Shown here: positions 16,753 to 25,700 of the stretch, one piece after another
Layout of the letters: the number at the start of each line of letters is the position of its first letter
Numbering within the stretch: position 1 is the first letter of the stretch
Assembly: GCA_031431875.1 (NCBI GenBank)
Contig: JANPEF010000145.1
Span: 1-27,119 of the forward strand
Direction of reading: 5' to 3'
Length of the DNA stretch: 27,119 bases
Source of the DNA: Candidatus Eiseniibacteriota bacterium
GTDB taxonomy: Bacteria > Eisenbacteria > RBG-16-71-46 > DASYSL01
Made by a program: the position numbers and the translations under genes
Notes under the pieces: generated by a model
What the model was told of the DNA's origin: nothing
Seen by the model: the letters and a program-made list of their open reading frames with translations, nothing else
The model's database searches: none

Positions 16753-18090
16753 ATGCGGCATTTCCGTTCGCTCGTCCTCGCCGGCGTGGTCCTCGCGGGC
16801 CTGGTGCCGGCCGTGGCCCACGCCTCGCAGGCCCGCGTCGACGGCCTGGGCCTGCAGCCCGACTTCGTGCAGGACTACGTCAACGTCATCCATTACCCCT
16901 CGACCATCGTCAAGTACCAGAACCTCGTCTACGGTGACCTCGGCCTCAAGGACACCGACGGCGGGGACCTCAACGAGTTCGAGGACAATGTCGGCAGCGT
17001 GCCGGCGCTCGACAACAGCGCCCGCGCGATGGGCGCCCACCTCAAGCTGTGGAAGAGCATGCCTGGCGTGCTCGGCATCCAGCTCAACGAAAACGCCACG
17101 CCGCTGTCGCCCGCGTACGGCGCCGGCTACTGGAACCGCAACCGCAACGAGGGCGTGACGCTCTTGTGGGGCCAGGATTTCGGCGGGGTCACGGCGGGCT
17201 TCCAGTTCAACCGCACGTCGTCCGAGTATGAAACCTCGACCCTCACGATCGAGCCGTATCCCGTGGCGCCCGTCGGGATCGGCCCGCTGCCGACGAACAC
17301 CCGGCAGGCCATGAACACGATCAATGCGGCCCTCGGCGCCCGGCCGTGGAACACGACCGGCTTTGGTGGCGGCGTCTCGTTCGACTTCGATGCCGGGGGT
17401 CGCAGCCACACGGCGGACGTCGCCGTCCAGTACCGCAGCATGAGCTACGAGGTGGTGAACACGCAGCCCGCAGGGACCATCACCGAGGAGAGCGACGGCA
17501 GCTACGGCCTGGCGATCAACGCGCGCAGCCAGTATGCGACCTCGGACAACACGTACCTCGTGCCGGTGATCAACTACTGGACCCTGAGCCTCGACAACCG
17601 GGTCGTCGACGGCATCACGCCGGCGAATGACTTCGCGGCCGAGAACTCGGTCAACGGGTGGAGCTTCGGGCTGGCGGAGTCGTGGGTGCTGCGCGATGCC
17701 GACCTGCTCACGCTCGGAATCCAGCTGGGCCAGCAGGAGATCGAGTACGGCGACCTGCGGGTCGCCGGCGTCCCCTTCTCGGCCACGTACTCGACCACGC
17801 CGCTCCTGTTCGGCTCGGCCGAGGTGCACCCGATGAGCTGGTTCCACGTGCGCTTCGGCGCGAGCAAGGCCTTCACCAGCAAGCTCGAGGCCACCAACCC
17901 CGGCACGGGCGAGCCGGAGGAGGCGAAGGATTCCCCGCTCGGTTACTCGCTCGGCGCAGGCTTCCGCATCGGCGGCCGTCTCGACCTCGACGCGGTCCTC
18001 AACCAGGACTATGCGTTCACCGGCGGCTGGGCGGCTTCGGGCAACGAAGAGACGCCGTTCTCGCGGCTTTCGGCGACCTATCGCTGGTAA
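16753..18090 (+). CDS. Outer-membrane beta-barrel / porin-like protein (PopA-like)
   Basis: GGAGGT RBS, signal peptide ending AHA, amphipathic beta strands, C-terminal BAM signal SRLSATYRW, strongly biased codon usage. Confidence 0.82.
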   Translation: MRHFRSLVLAGVVLAGLVPAVAHASQARVDGLGLQPDFVQDYVNVIHYPSTIVKYQNLVYGDLGLKDTDGGDLNEFEDNVGSVPALDNSARAMGAHLKLWKSMPGVLGIQLNENATPLSPAYGAGYWNRNRNEGVTLLWGQDFGGVTAGFQFNRTSSEYETSTLTIEPYPVAPVGIGPLPTNTRQAMNTINAALGARPWNTTGFGGGVSFDFDAGGRSHTADVAVQYRSMSYEVVNTQPAGTITEESDGSYGLAINARSQYATSDNTYLVPVINYWTLSLDNRVVDGITPANDFAAENSVNGWSFGLAESWVLRDADLLTLGIQLGQQEIEYGDLRVAGVPFSATYSTTPLLFGSAEVHPMSWFHVRFGASKAFTSKLEATNPGTGEPEEAKDSPLGYSLGAGFRIGGRLDLDAVLNQDYAFTGGWAASGNEETPFSRLSATYRW

Positions 18091-18133
18091 TACAGTTGCG
18101 CCGGAACCGCGCAACAGGGTGTTGTCTTGATGC

Positions 18134-18159
18134 CGGGGCGCCTCGCAAGAGGCGCCCCG
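18134..18159 (+). terminator. GC-rich hairpin, likely terminator of the porin gene
   Basis: CGGGGCGCCTC-GCAA-GAGGCGCCCCG, 11 bp with GNRA loop and weak U-tail; preceded by hairpin GTTGCGC/GCGCAAC (18095-18115). Confidence 0.65.
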
Positions 18160-18237
18160 TCCGTCATTCCGCAATCCGATCCGGTCTAGAAGATTGCCCG
18201 CCAAGGACATCCCGATTCGGGGCTGCAACATTCGTCG

Positions 18238-18267
18238 TTGACAGGGGCTTCACGCGGATCATAGTTT
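18238..18267 (+). promoter_or_regulatory. sigma70-type promoter for the TBDT operon
   Basis: TTGACA (18238-18243) followed by CATAGT (16-nt spacer) or TAGTTT (18-nt spacer). Confidence 0.6.
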
Positions 18268-18502
18268 TCTACGCCAATCCGTCGCCGACTGCCTCAGGTC
18301 GTCCCGGAACGGAACAAGGAAGTCGCGACGCCTCGCAATTCGAGCCCCGGCCGAACAGGAGGTGGCACCAGGGAACGGTCCCTGTCGAACTCTTTCCCCC
18401 GTACAGCACGAGTCGTTCCCGGCAACTGATCCTGTCGGTGTTCGTCCGGCGCATCCGCGCGACGGGGCGTGACCCCGCCCACGGCGAAAGGAGTCGTCTC
18501 CC

Positions 18503-21334
18503 ATGATTCGAGCCAACCACTTCCGGAGTCTGCGTGCGATCGCGCTCGCGGTCCTGGTGGCAGTTGCCGCCGGCCCGGCGCTCGCCGGCACGACCGGAAA
18601 GATCAGCGGTACCGTACGCGAACGCGGCAAGTCGATCCTGCCCGGCGTCACGGTGCTGGTCGAAGGAACCCGCCTCGGCGCCATCGCCGACGACACCGGG
18701 CATTTCACCATTCTCAACGTGCCGGCCGGCGCCTACACCGTTCGCGGCAAGCTGATCGGCTACGCCGACTACGTGCTCAACAAGGTCGAGGTTCGCCCGG
18801 ACTTCACGAGCGAGGTGACCCTCGAGATGGCGACCGATGCCATCCAGCAGGAACCCGTGATCGTCGAGTCGACGCGTCCGCTGATCCAGAAGGACGCGAC
18901 CGGGACGACCCGTTTCCTCAGCGGCGAGGACATCCAGAACCTGCCGACGCGTGGCTACAAGGACGCGGCGTCGCTGCAGAGCGGCGTCGTCAGCTACTCG
19001 CGCTCGTACGATCCGCGTGGCGTCGAGCGCGAATCGCAGAACTCGGCGCAGCTCATCGTGCGTGGCGGTCGTGCCAACGAGGTCGCCTACTACGTGGACG
19101 GGTTCTCGCAGCAGGATCCGCTCACGGGCGCGAGCACGACGAATATCTCGGGCAACTCGATCGACGAGGTCGCGGTCATGACCGGCGGCTTCAACGCCGA
19201 GTACGGAAAGATCTCCTCGGGCGTCATCAACGTCGTCACGCGCGAGGGCTCTGCCAGGTACTTCGGCTCGTTCGAGGCCGTGTCGGACATGTTGAGCGGA
19301 TCGTGGGTCGGCTCCGAGCGCTACGACTGGAACGTCTACGACGGCTCGTTCGGCGGCCCGGTGATCAAGGGCAACGACGTCGCCACGTTCTTCGTCTCGG
19401 GTGAGCGTCGCTGGCAGGCTGACCGCCAGACGCGCTTCGTGCCCTCGGCGCTGCAGGACGAGCAGGCGAACCTGTTCGGTACCCCCACGGGGCGATTGCA
19501 GAACAACTCGCTGGGCGGCTGGACCTGGTCGGGCAAGCTGTCGATCCGCCCGTCGGATCGCATGAACCTCAAGTTCGGGACCACCGGTTCGTCCGACGAC
19601 TGGCGCGAGTTCCTGCAGACCTACCTGTACAATCCGTCGCACATGCCGCGCTACGAGGACCGCAACAAGTCGGTCTTCGGGCAGGTCAATTACACGTTCA
19701 CGCCGAGCACCTTCGCCACGTTCGCGACCAGCTGGTTCGAGACCGAGCGCAAGCGCGGCGACGGCGTCTATTTCGACGACGTGCGCGCCTACAGCCAGTA
19801 CCCGGTCGGCAACCCGACATTCGACACCGACCTGCCCTACTTCTGGCCTGAAGGCCATGTGTTCGACGACTACCTGCACCGCAAGTCGTCGTACCTCGGC
19901 TTCCGCGGCGACGTGACGAGCCAGGTGAACCGCGATCACCAGTTCAAGGGCGGGTTCGACGCGCAGTTTCATACGCTCAAGTACTACAACGCGTACTTCC
20001 CGGCCGGCATCGGCTACGACTCGTTGGGCGCGCCGACGCTGGGCGCCTACCGGGACATCGACCGCTACGGGTTCGATGAGTTCGGCGAGGAAGTCGACTT
20101 TGCCGACGACGACCGGGACAGCCCGAAGCACCCGAAGACGATGGGGCTGTTCGTGCAGGACAAGTACGAACGCGAGGGCCTGATCGTCAACGGCGGGTTG
20201 CGCCTCGACTACATCGACACCGCGACCGAGGCGCTGGCCAGCGAGAGCGCGCCGCTCGGGGGCGACGACGTCCTGACCGACGACGACCTGCAGGCGAGCA
20301 AGACCTACACGCGGATTTCTCCGCGTCTGGGCGTGGCCTTCCCGGTCGACGAGAAGACGAAGCTGCGCGTCAACTACGGACAGTTCTTCCAGCAGGTCAA
20401 CCTGCAGGACCTGTACGTGTCGTACCGCTACCTCGAGCACAAGATTCGCACCGGCGGCTACTTCGTCGGATTCGGCAACCCGAACCTGAAGCCAGAGCGC
20501 ACCACCGCCTACGAGGTGGGCGTCGAGCACCAGATCGGCGAGCGCATGCGTATCGATGCGACCGCGTACTACAAGGACGTCAAGGACCTGGTCGAGATCG
20601 TCAACATCCCATCCAGCCCGAACGCGTTCTCGAGCTACAGGAACCGCGACTTCGCGACGATCAAGGGCATCGACGTCGGGTTCGTGATGCGGCCGGTGAA
20701 CAACATCTCAGCGGGGATCAACTACTCGCTCTCCTATGCCCAGGGCACCGGGTCGGTGTCGAACTCGCAGCGCAACGTGGCGTGGACGGCGTCGCAGCCG
20801 CCCAAGATGACGGCGCCGCTCGACTTCGACCAGCGCCACAAGCTGTCGATGAACGCCGACTACCGCCTGGGCAAGGGTCAGGGTCCCAAGGTCAGCGGGT
20901 CGCCGATCTTCGAGAACGCCGGAATCAACCTGCTGGTCAACATCGGCAGCGGCACGCCGTACACGCCGGTCGTGGTCTACGACGAGGTCTCGCTCGCCGC
21001 CGTGGCGACCACGCCGACGGGCTCGCTCAACTCGCGCTACGGGCCGTGGACGAGCTCGGTGGACATGAAGATCAACAAGGGCTTCACGCTCGGCGGGCTC
21101 GGGATGGACGCCTACGTGTGGGTGCTCAACGTGCTCGACACCAACAACCAGTACGGCGTCTACGAATCGTCGGGATCGGCGTTCACGACCAACTACCTGA
21201 ACACGCCGGCCGGGCAGCAGTTCCTGGCCGACCAGGGTCAGGCCGGTCAGGACACGTACGAACTCGCCGAAAGCAACCCCGACCTGTTCGGTAACCCGCG
21301 TCTCGTCCGCTTCGGACTGCGCGCCAACTTCTGA
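18503..21334 (+). CDS. TonB-dependent receptor with N-terminal carboxypeptidase-regulatory-like domain
   Basis: ALA|GTTGKISGTV, LPGVTVLVEGT, plug VRGGRANEVAYYVDG...TGGFNAEYG...SGVINVVT, GNPNLKPERTTAYEVG, C-terminal PRLVRFGLRANF; AAGGAG RBS. Confidence 0.95.
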   Translation: MIRANHFRSLRAIALAVLVAVAAGPALAGTTGKISGTVRERGKSILPGVTVLVEGTRLGAIADDTGHFTILNVPAGAYTVRGKLIGYADYVLNKVEVRPDFTSEVTLEMATDAIQQEPVIVESTRPLIQKDATGTTRFLSGEDIQNLPTRGYKDAASLQSGVVSYSRSYDPRGVERESQNSAQLIVRGGRANEVAYYVDGFSQQDPLTGASTTNISGNSIDEVAVMTGGFNAEYGKISSGVINVVTREGSARYFGSFEAVSDMLSGSWVGSERYDWNVYDGSFGGPVIKGNDVATFFVSGERRWQADRQTRFVPSALQDEQANLFGTPTGRLQNNSLGGWTWSGKLSIRPSDRMNLKFGTTGSSDDWREFLQTYLYNPSHMPRYEDRNKSVFGQVNYTFTPSTFATFATSWFETERKRGDGVYFDDVRAYSQYPVGNPTFDTDLPYFWPEGHVFDDYLHRKSSYLGFRGDVTSQVNRDHQFKGGFDAQFHTLKYYNAYFPAGIGYDSLGAPTLGAYRDIDRYGFDEFGEEVDFADDDRDSPKHPKTMGLFVQDKYEREGLIVNGGLRLDYIDTATEALASESAPLGGDDVLTDDDLQASKTYTRISPRLGVAFPVDEKTKLRVNYGQFFQQVNLQDLYVSYRYLEHKIRTGGYFVGFGNPNLKPERTTAYEVGVEHQIGERMRIDATAYYKDVKDLVEIVNIPSSPNAFSSYRNRDFATIKGIDVGFVMRPVNNISAGINYSLSYAQGTGSVSNSQRNVAWTASQPPKMTAPLDFDQRHKLSMNADYRLGKGQGPKVSGSPIFENAGINLLVNIGSGTPYTPVVVYDEVSLAAVATTPTGSLNSRYGPWTSSVDMKINKGFTLGGLGMDAYVWVLNVLDTNNQYGVYESSGSAFTTNYLNTPAGQQFLADQGQAGQDTYELAESNPDLFGNPRLVRFGLRANF

Positions 21335-21366
21335 GGCCCTCGACCGTTCGAGGCAGGAGGCTTCGC

Positions 21367-24300
21367 ATGCATCGGATTCTCGGAGGCACGGCGGCGGTCC
21401 TGGGGCTCGCTGTCGCACTCGTGGCGCCCGCCGCCGCGCACGTGCGACTCGGGACGCAGGGGAGCACCCGACCGCCTATCATCCACAATGTCGACACGGG
21501 GACGCAGGTTTCGGCGAACCGGATCTCGATGTTCGTCACCAACATCGGATCCTTCGCCTTCGACCTGGGGACCGGCAACTCGGGGCTCGAGTTCCCCAAG
21601 GGCACCGGCAACACCGCGGTGTTCGCGGCCGGACTGTGGATGGGCGCCAAGGTGGGAGCGGAGCGGCGCGTCACGGTCGCCGAGTACTCACAGGAGTTCG
21701 TCCCCGGCCCGATGTCGGGCGGGACGTTTCTGCCCGACACGCCGGAATTCAAGGTCTACAAGGTCACGCGCGAACCCACGGGATCGACGGCGGCCGACTC
21801 GGCAGACTGGCAGGCGGCGTGGGCCGACTGGGTCACCAACGCGGGCCCGCTGGGCGCCCCGGTGGAAGACGTGGGCAACGGCCCGCAGCCGGCGATCCTC
21901 GGCGACGAGACGCTGTGGTCGGTCTTCAATGACGCGGACCCCGGCGCGCACTCGAACGATGCCGGCGCCTCGGCTCCATTGGGCGTCGAGGTGCAGCTCA
22001 CTTCCTTCGCGTTCAACCGCACGGGCGCCCTGGGGAACACGGTGTTCCTCAAGTACGTGATCATCAACAAGGGCAGCGACACGCTCGACTCGACGTATGC
22101 GTCGATCTGGTCCGATCCCGACCTCGGCGGCGCCAGCGACGACCTGGTCGGCGTCGACGTCGACAAGTCGCTGGGCTACTGCTACAACGCGACCAACAAC
22201 GACAACCAGTACGGATCGACGCCGCCGGCCGTGGGCTTCGACTTCTTCAAGGGACCGGTCGTCGGCGGCGACACGCTGGGCCTGGCGTCGTTCAACAAGT
22301 ACATCAACGGCACGGACCCGAACTCGAACGGCCAGTCGTACAACTACATGAAGGGCCTCGATCCGGACGGCAACGCCGTCATCGACCCGACGACGGGCCA
22401 GCCGACGACGTTCTTCAACAGTGGCGATCCGGTCTCGCGCACGGGCTGGCTCGACTCGAACCCGGCCGACCGCCGGCTCATGCTCTCGACCGGGCCGTTC
22501 ACCATGGCGCCGGGCGATACGCAGGAAATCGTGGCCGCCGTGATCATCGGCGACGGCGCCGACCGACTCTCGTCGGTGCGCGCGCTGCGCTTCTACGACC
22601 AGTTCGCCCAGGACGCGTTCGACAAGAACTTCGACCTGCCGAATCCGCCGCCGACGCCGCAGGTGACGGCGGAAGGCCTCAACGGGGCGGTCGTCCTGAC
22701 GTGGGACGGCGGCTCACAGGTCAACGACTCGACGTCCGCGTACGAGTTCCAGGGCTACAACATCTGGCAGGGCGAGTCGCGCGCCGGCCCCTGGAAGCGG
22801 ATCAAGACCGTCGACATCGATGACGGCACCGGCATCATCCAGGATCAGGTGTTCGACGCGAACTACGGCGATATCGTCACCGTTCCCGTGCAGTTCGGCG
22901 AGGACGGCGGCGTGACGCACTCGATCGAGTTGACCCAGGACGAGATCCGCAGCGTGCCGCTGCGCAATGGGACGCGCTACTACTACTCCGTTACCGCGTA
23001 CTCGTACGACCCTGCCGCCGTGCCCGGGCTGCTGACGCTGGAGAACGCGCAGGGGACCACGGACTACGAGAACGACACGGATCGGGATCCGAACGCCATC
23101 AGCGCCATTCCGCAGAAACCGACGGCGGGCTCGGACTACAGCGTCGTCTCGAGCGGCAACGTCACCCAGACGCGGGACGACACGAACATCCCCGGCACGA
23201 CCGACGTCGTGACGGTCGACATCATCGATCCCAGCAAGGTGCGCGACTGCACGTACGAGGTCTACTACACCGACTTGGCGACCCCGTACCCGACCTATGC
23301 GGGGGAGGAAGTGCGGGTGGCGTGGAACCTGCGGCGGATCTGCGCGGGCGCGGATACCACGGTCCTGCTCACCGACCAGCTCAACAAGACCGGGGATGCC
23401 GACTACGCGATCTTCGACGGGATCCAGGTGAAGATCATCGGCGCGTACGCGCAGAAGATCCAGGACGTCGTCTACGTGAAGACGGATCCGGACGAGCCGC
23501 GCGACCTCCAGCCGGCCGACTTCGGGCTGGCGTTCTACGGGGGCGGCGCGGACGCGGTGAACAACTTCCGCAACTCGACAATCGATCCGGTCGCCAATCC
23601 GGATGCGTTCACCTCGGTCGAGGTGCGCTTCTCGTCGACGGCCACGCAGAAGGCGTATCGCTACTATCGCGACGTCGTCGCTGACTGTGTCGGGGCGCCC
23701 GCAACCACTCGTGGCTACCACTATGGTGGCCAGGTTGACTGCAACTTCCAGCTCTGGGATACCGTGGCCGATCGCCAGCTCGACGCGCTGGTCGTCGAGA
23801 AGCGGCAGGTCGATGCGGTGACCGGTGTGCCGACCGGCGTCCTCTGCCCGACCAACGACGGAACGTGGGCGCCGAGTCTCGAAGGCGACGGGGATCGCGA
23901 GTACCTCTTCATCTCGAATACGACCTACAGCGATGCGGAGAAGCCCGAGTATGTGATCTCCGACCCGGCTGGTGAGATCAGCGGGGTCGCGGTCCTGCCG
24001 CTGCTCTATGTCTTCCTCTCTCATGGTCTGGATGCCGCGAACCCGTACCCCGACGATGGCGAAAAGGTCGTCTACACCTGGGCGAACCCGGGCCGGCCGA
24101 ACGATCACTTCGCGTTCACGCCGACGCCTCCGGTGCTCGACGACCTGGCCCTGGCCGGTAGCGCGCTCGAGCAGATCCGCGTGGTGCCGAACCCGTACTA
24201 CGGACGCTCGAACTACGAGCGCGACCAGTTCAACCGGCTGATCCGCTTCATGAACCTGCCGGCGAGCTGCACGATAAGGATCTTCAACCTGTCGGGGGAC

Positions 24301-24483
24301 CTGGTGCGCACGCTGACGAAGAGCGATGCCTCGACGTCGGTGCTGAACTGGGACATCCTGACCGAGAACCAGCTGCCGGTCGGCTCGGGCGTCTACATCT
24401 ACCAGGTCGACGCGCCGGGTGCGGGCAAGACGTTCGGTCGCATGGTCGTGTTCACCGAGAAGGAACGCCTCAACAACTTCTAG
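21367..24483 (+). CDS. Large secreted protein with FN3-like domain and T9SS type A-like C-terminal sorting domain
   Basis: AGGAGG RBS and signal peptide. GLEFPKG...VFAAGLWMG, PLGVEV, WSDPDLG...DDLVG, STGPFTMAPGDTQ, FN3-like VVLTWD...FQGYNIW...YYYSVTAY, and CTD IRVVPNPY...IRIFNLSGDLVRTL...WD...VGSGVYIY. Confidence 0.88.
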   Translation: MHRILGGTAAVLGLAVALVAPAAAHVRLGTQGSTRPPIIHNVDTGTQVSANRISMFVTNIGSFAFDLGTGNSGLEFPKGTGNTAVFAAGLWMGAKVGAERRVTVAEYSQEFVPGPMSGGTFLPDTPEFKVYKVTREPTGSTAADSADWQAAWADWVTNAGPLGAPVEDVGNGPQPAILGDETLWSVFNDADPGAHSNDAGASAPLGVEVQLTSFAFNRTGALGNTVFLKYVIINKGSDTLDSTYASIWSDPDLGGASDDLVGVDVDKSLGYCYNATNNDNQYGSTPPAVGFDFFKGPVVGGDTLGLASFNKYINGTDPNSNGQSYNYMKGLDPDGNAVIDPTTGQPTTFFNSGDPVSRTGWLDSNPADRRLMLSTGPFTMAPGDTQEIVAAVIIGDGADRLSSVRALRFYDQFAQDAFDKNFDLPNPPPTPQVTAEGLNGAVVLTWDGGSQVNDSTSAYEFQGYNIWQGESRAGPWKRIKTVDIDDGTGIIQDQVFDANYGDIVTVPVQFGEDGGVTHSIELTQDEIRSVPLRNGTRYYYSVTAYSYDPAAVPGLLTLENAQGTTDYENDTDRDPNAISAIPQKPTAGSDYSVVSSGNVTQTRDDTNIPGTTDVVTVDIIDPSKVRDCTYEVYYTDLATPYPTYAGEEVRVAWNLRRICAGADTTVLLTDQLNKTGDADYAIFDGIQVKIIGAYAQKIQDVVYVKTDPDEPRDLQPADFGLAFYGGGADAVNNFRNSTIDPVANPDAFTSVEVRFSSTATQKAYRYYRDVVADCVGAPATTRGYHYGGQVDCNFQLWDTVADRQLDALVVEKRQVDAVTGVPTGVLCPTNDGTWAPSLEGDGDREYLFISNTTYSDAEKPEYVISDPAGEISGVAVLPLLYVFLSHGLDAANPYPDDGEKVVYTWANPGRPNDHFAFTPTPPVLDDLALAGSALEQIRVVPNPYYGRSNYERDQFNRLIRFMNLPASCTIRIFNLSGDLVRTLTKSDASTSVLNWDILTENQLPVGSGVYIYQVDAPGAGKTFGRMVVFTEKERLNNF

Positions 24484-24495
24484 AAGGGGGAGACG

Positions 24496-25581
24496 ATGTC
24501 CGGATCCAAGAGCAACATGCTGGATCGCTCGTCCACCTGGGCGATCCTCGACTGCGGCGCGGCGATCGCCTGCGCCCTGGTGCTCGTCGTCCTGGCCGCC
24601 GCGCCCGCATGGGCCGGCTCGGACGAACGCCAGGGTTCGGCGGGCGCCGGCGAACTGAAGATTCCCGTGGGGCCGCGCAGCACGGCGCTCGGCGGGACGA
24701 CGGTGGCCGACGTGACCGGGGCGGAGGCCATCTACTGGAATCCCGCCGGGCTGGCCAGCCAGACGGGCACGGCGGCGTACTTCAGCCACCTGAGCTACAT
24801 CGCCGACATGGACGTGAATTACTTCGCGCTGGTCACCAAGGCCGGGAACTTCGGCAGCATCGGGTTCTCCGCGAAGGTGCTCAACGTGGGCGACGTCATC
24901 GTCACCACCGAGGAAGCGCCGGACGGCACGGGAGACATCCTGTCGCCGACCTTCAGCGTGCTCGGCCTGACGTATGCGCGCCAGTTCACGGACAAGGTCC
25001 GCTTCGGAGCGAACGCGCAGTTCGTCAACGAGACGGTGGCCAACGCGCGGGCGAAGGGGGTCGCCTTCGACTTCGGGTTCCAGTACGACACCGGGTACAA
25101 CGGGCTGGTCTTCGGGTTCGTGATGAAGAACTTCGGGAGCAGCATGTCGTTCTCGGGGTCGGACTTCGAGGTCAACGTCCCGATTCCGGATGCCGAGCCC
25201 GGCTCGTCGCAGCGGACGCTGTCGTCCACGGCGGCGGCGTTCGAGATGCCCTCGTACTTCCAGATGGGCGTCTCCTACGACCTGATGCGCCAGGAACAGA
25301 GTCAGCTCAAGGTCCTGGGCACGTTCATGTCGAACAACTTCACGCCCGACGAATTCCGCGGCGGCGCGGAGTACACGTACAAGAACCAGTTCGCACTCCG
25401 CGCCGGCTACGGCCGGCGGGTGAGCACCGCGGATGGGGACGTGTACAACGGCTTCTCGTGGGGCGCCGGCGTGAACGTCGGCCTGGGGCACGCCAGCCGG
25501 CTGCGCTTCGACTACGCGAATCGAATGGTGCACGACTACTTCGACGACACGCACGAGTTCTCGGTGGGGTTGAGCTTCTAG
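24496..25581 (+). CDS. porV: PorV/PorQ family outer-membrane barrel
   Basis: LKIPVGPRSTALG, AIYWNPAGLA, LTYARQFTD, AFDFG, GAEY...FALRAGY, FDYA, C-terminal HEFSVGLSF. Confidence 0.9.
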   Translation: MSGSKSNMLDRSSTWAILDCGAAIACALVLVVLAAAPAWAGSDERQGSAGAGELKIPVGPRSTALGGTTVADVTGAEAIYWNPAGLASQTGTAAYFSHLSYIADMDVNYFALVTKAGNFGSIGFSAKVLNVGDVIVTTEEAPDGTGDILSPTFSVLGLTYARQFTDKVRFGANAQFVNETVANARAKGVAFDFGFQYDTGYNGLVFGFVMKNFGSSMSFSGSDFEVNVPIPDAEPGSSQRTLSSTAAAFEMPSYFQMGVSYDLMRQEQSQLKVLGTFMSNNFTPDEFRGGAEYTYKNQFALRAGYGRRVSTADGDVYNGFSWGAGVNVGLGHASRLRFDYANRMVHDYFDDTHEFSVGLSF

Positions 25582-25602
25582 AGAACTCGCGAAGCGAAAA
25601 CG

Positions 25603-25636
25603 CGACGCCCCCGGGGAGCGATCTCCGGGGGCGTCG
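25603..25636. terminator. Probable bidirectional terminator between porV and gdhA
   Basis: 15-bp stem CGACGCCCCCGGGGA-GCGA-TCTCCGGGGGCGTCG flanked by GAAAA and GTGTTTG; second hairpin GGATCTCGC/GCGAGATCC at 25680-25700. Confidence 0.75.
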
Positions 25637-25700
25637 GTGTTTGTGGGGCCGTGGTGGTGGTGCGAATGGCCCGCCTATCGGATCTCGCCTTGCGAGATCC

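Noticed and set aside
18300..18500. Cobalamin riboswitch or sigma54 site (TGGCAC at ~18363) before the TBDT
   Set aside because: No GCCACTG or B12-box motifs, and no GC at the -12 position
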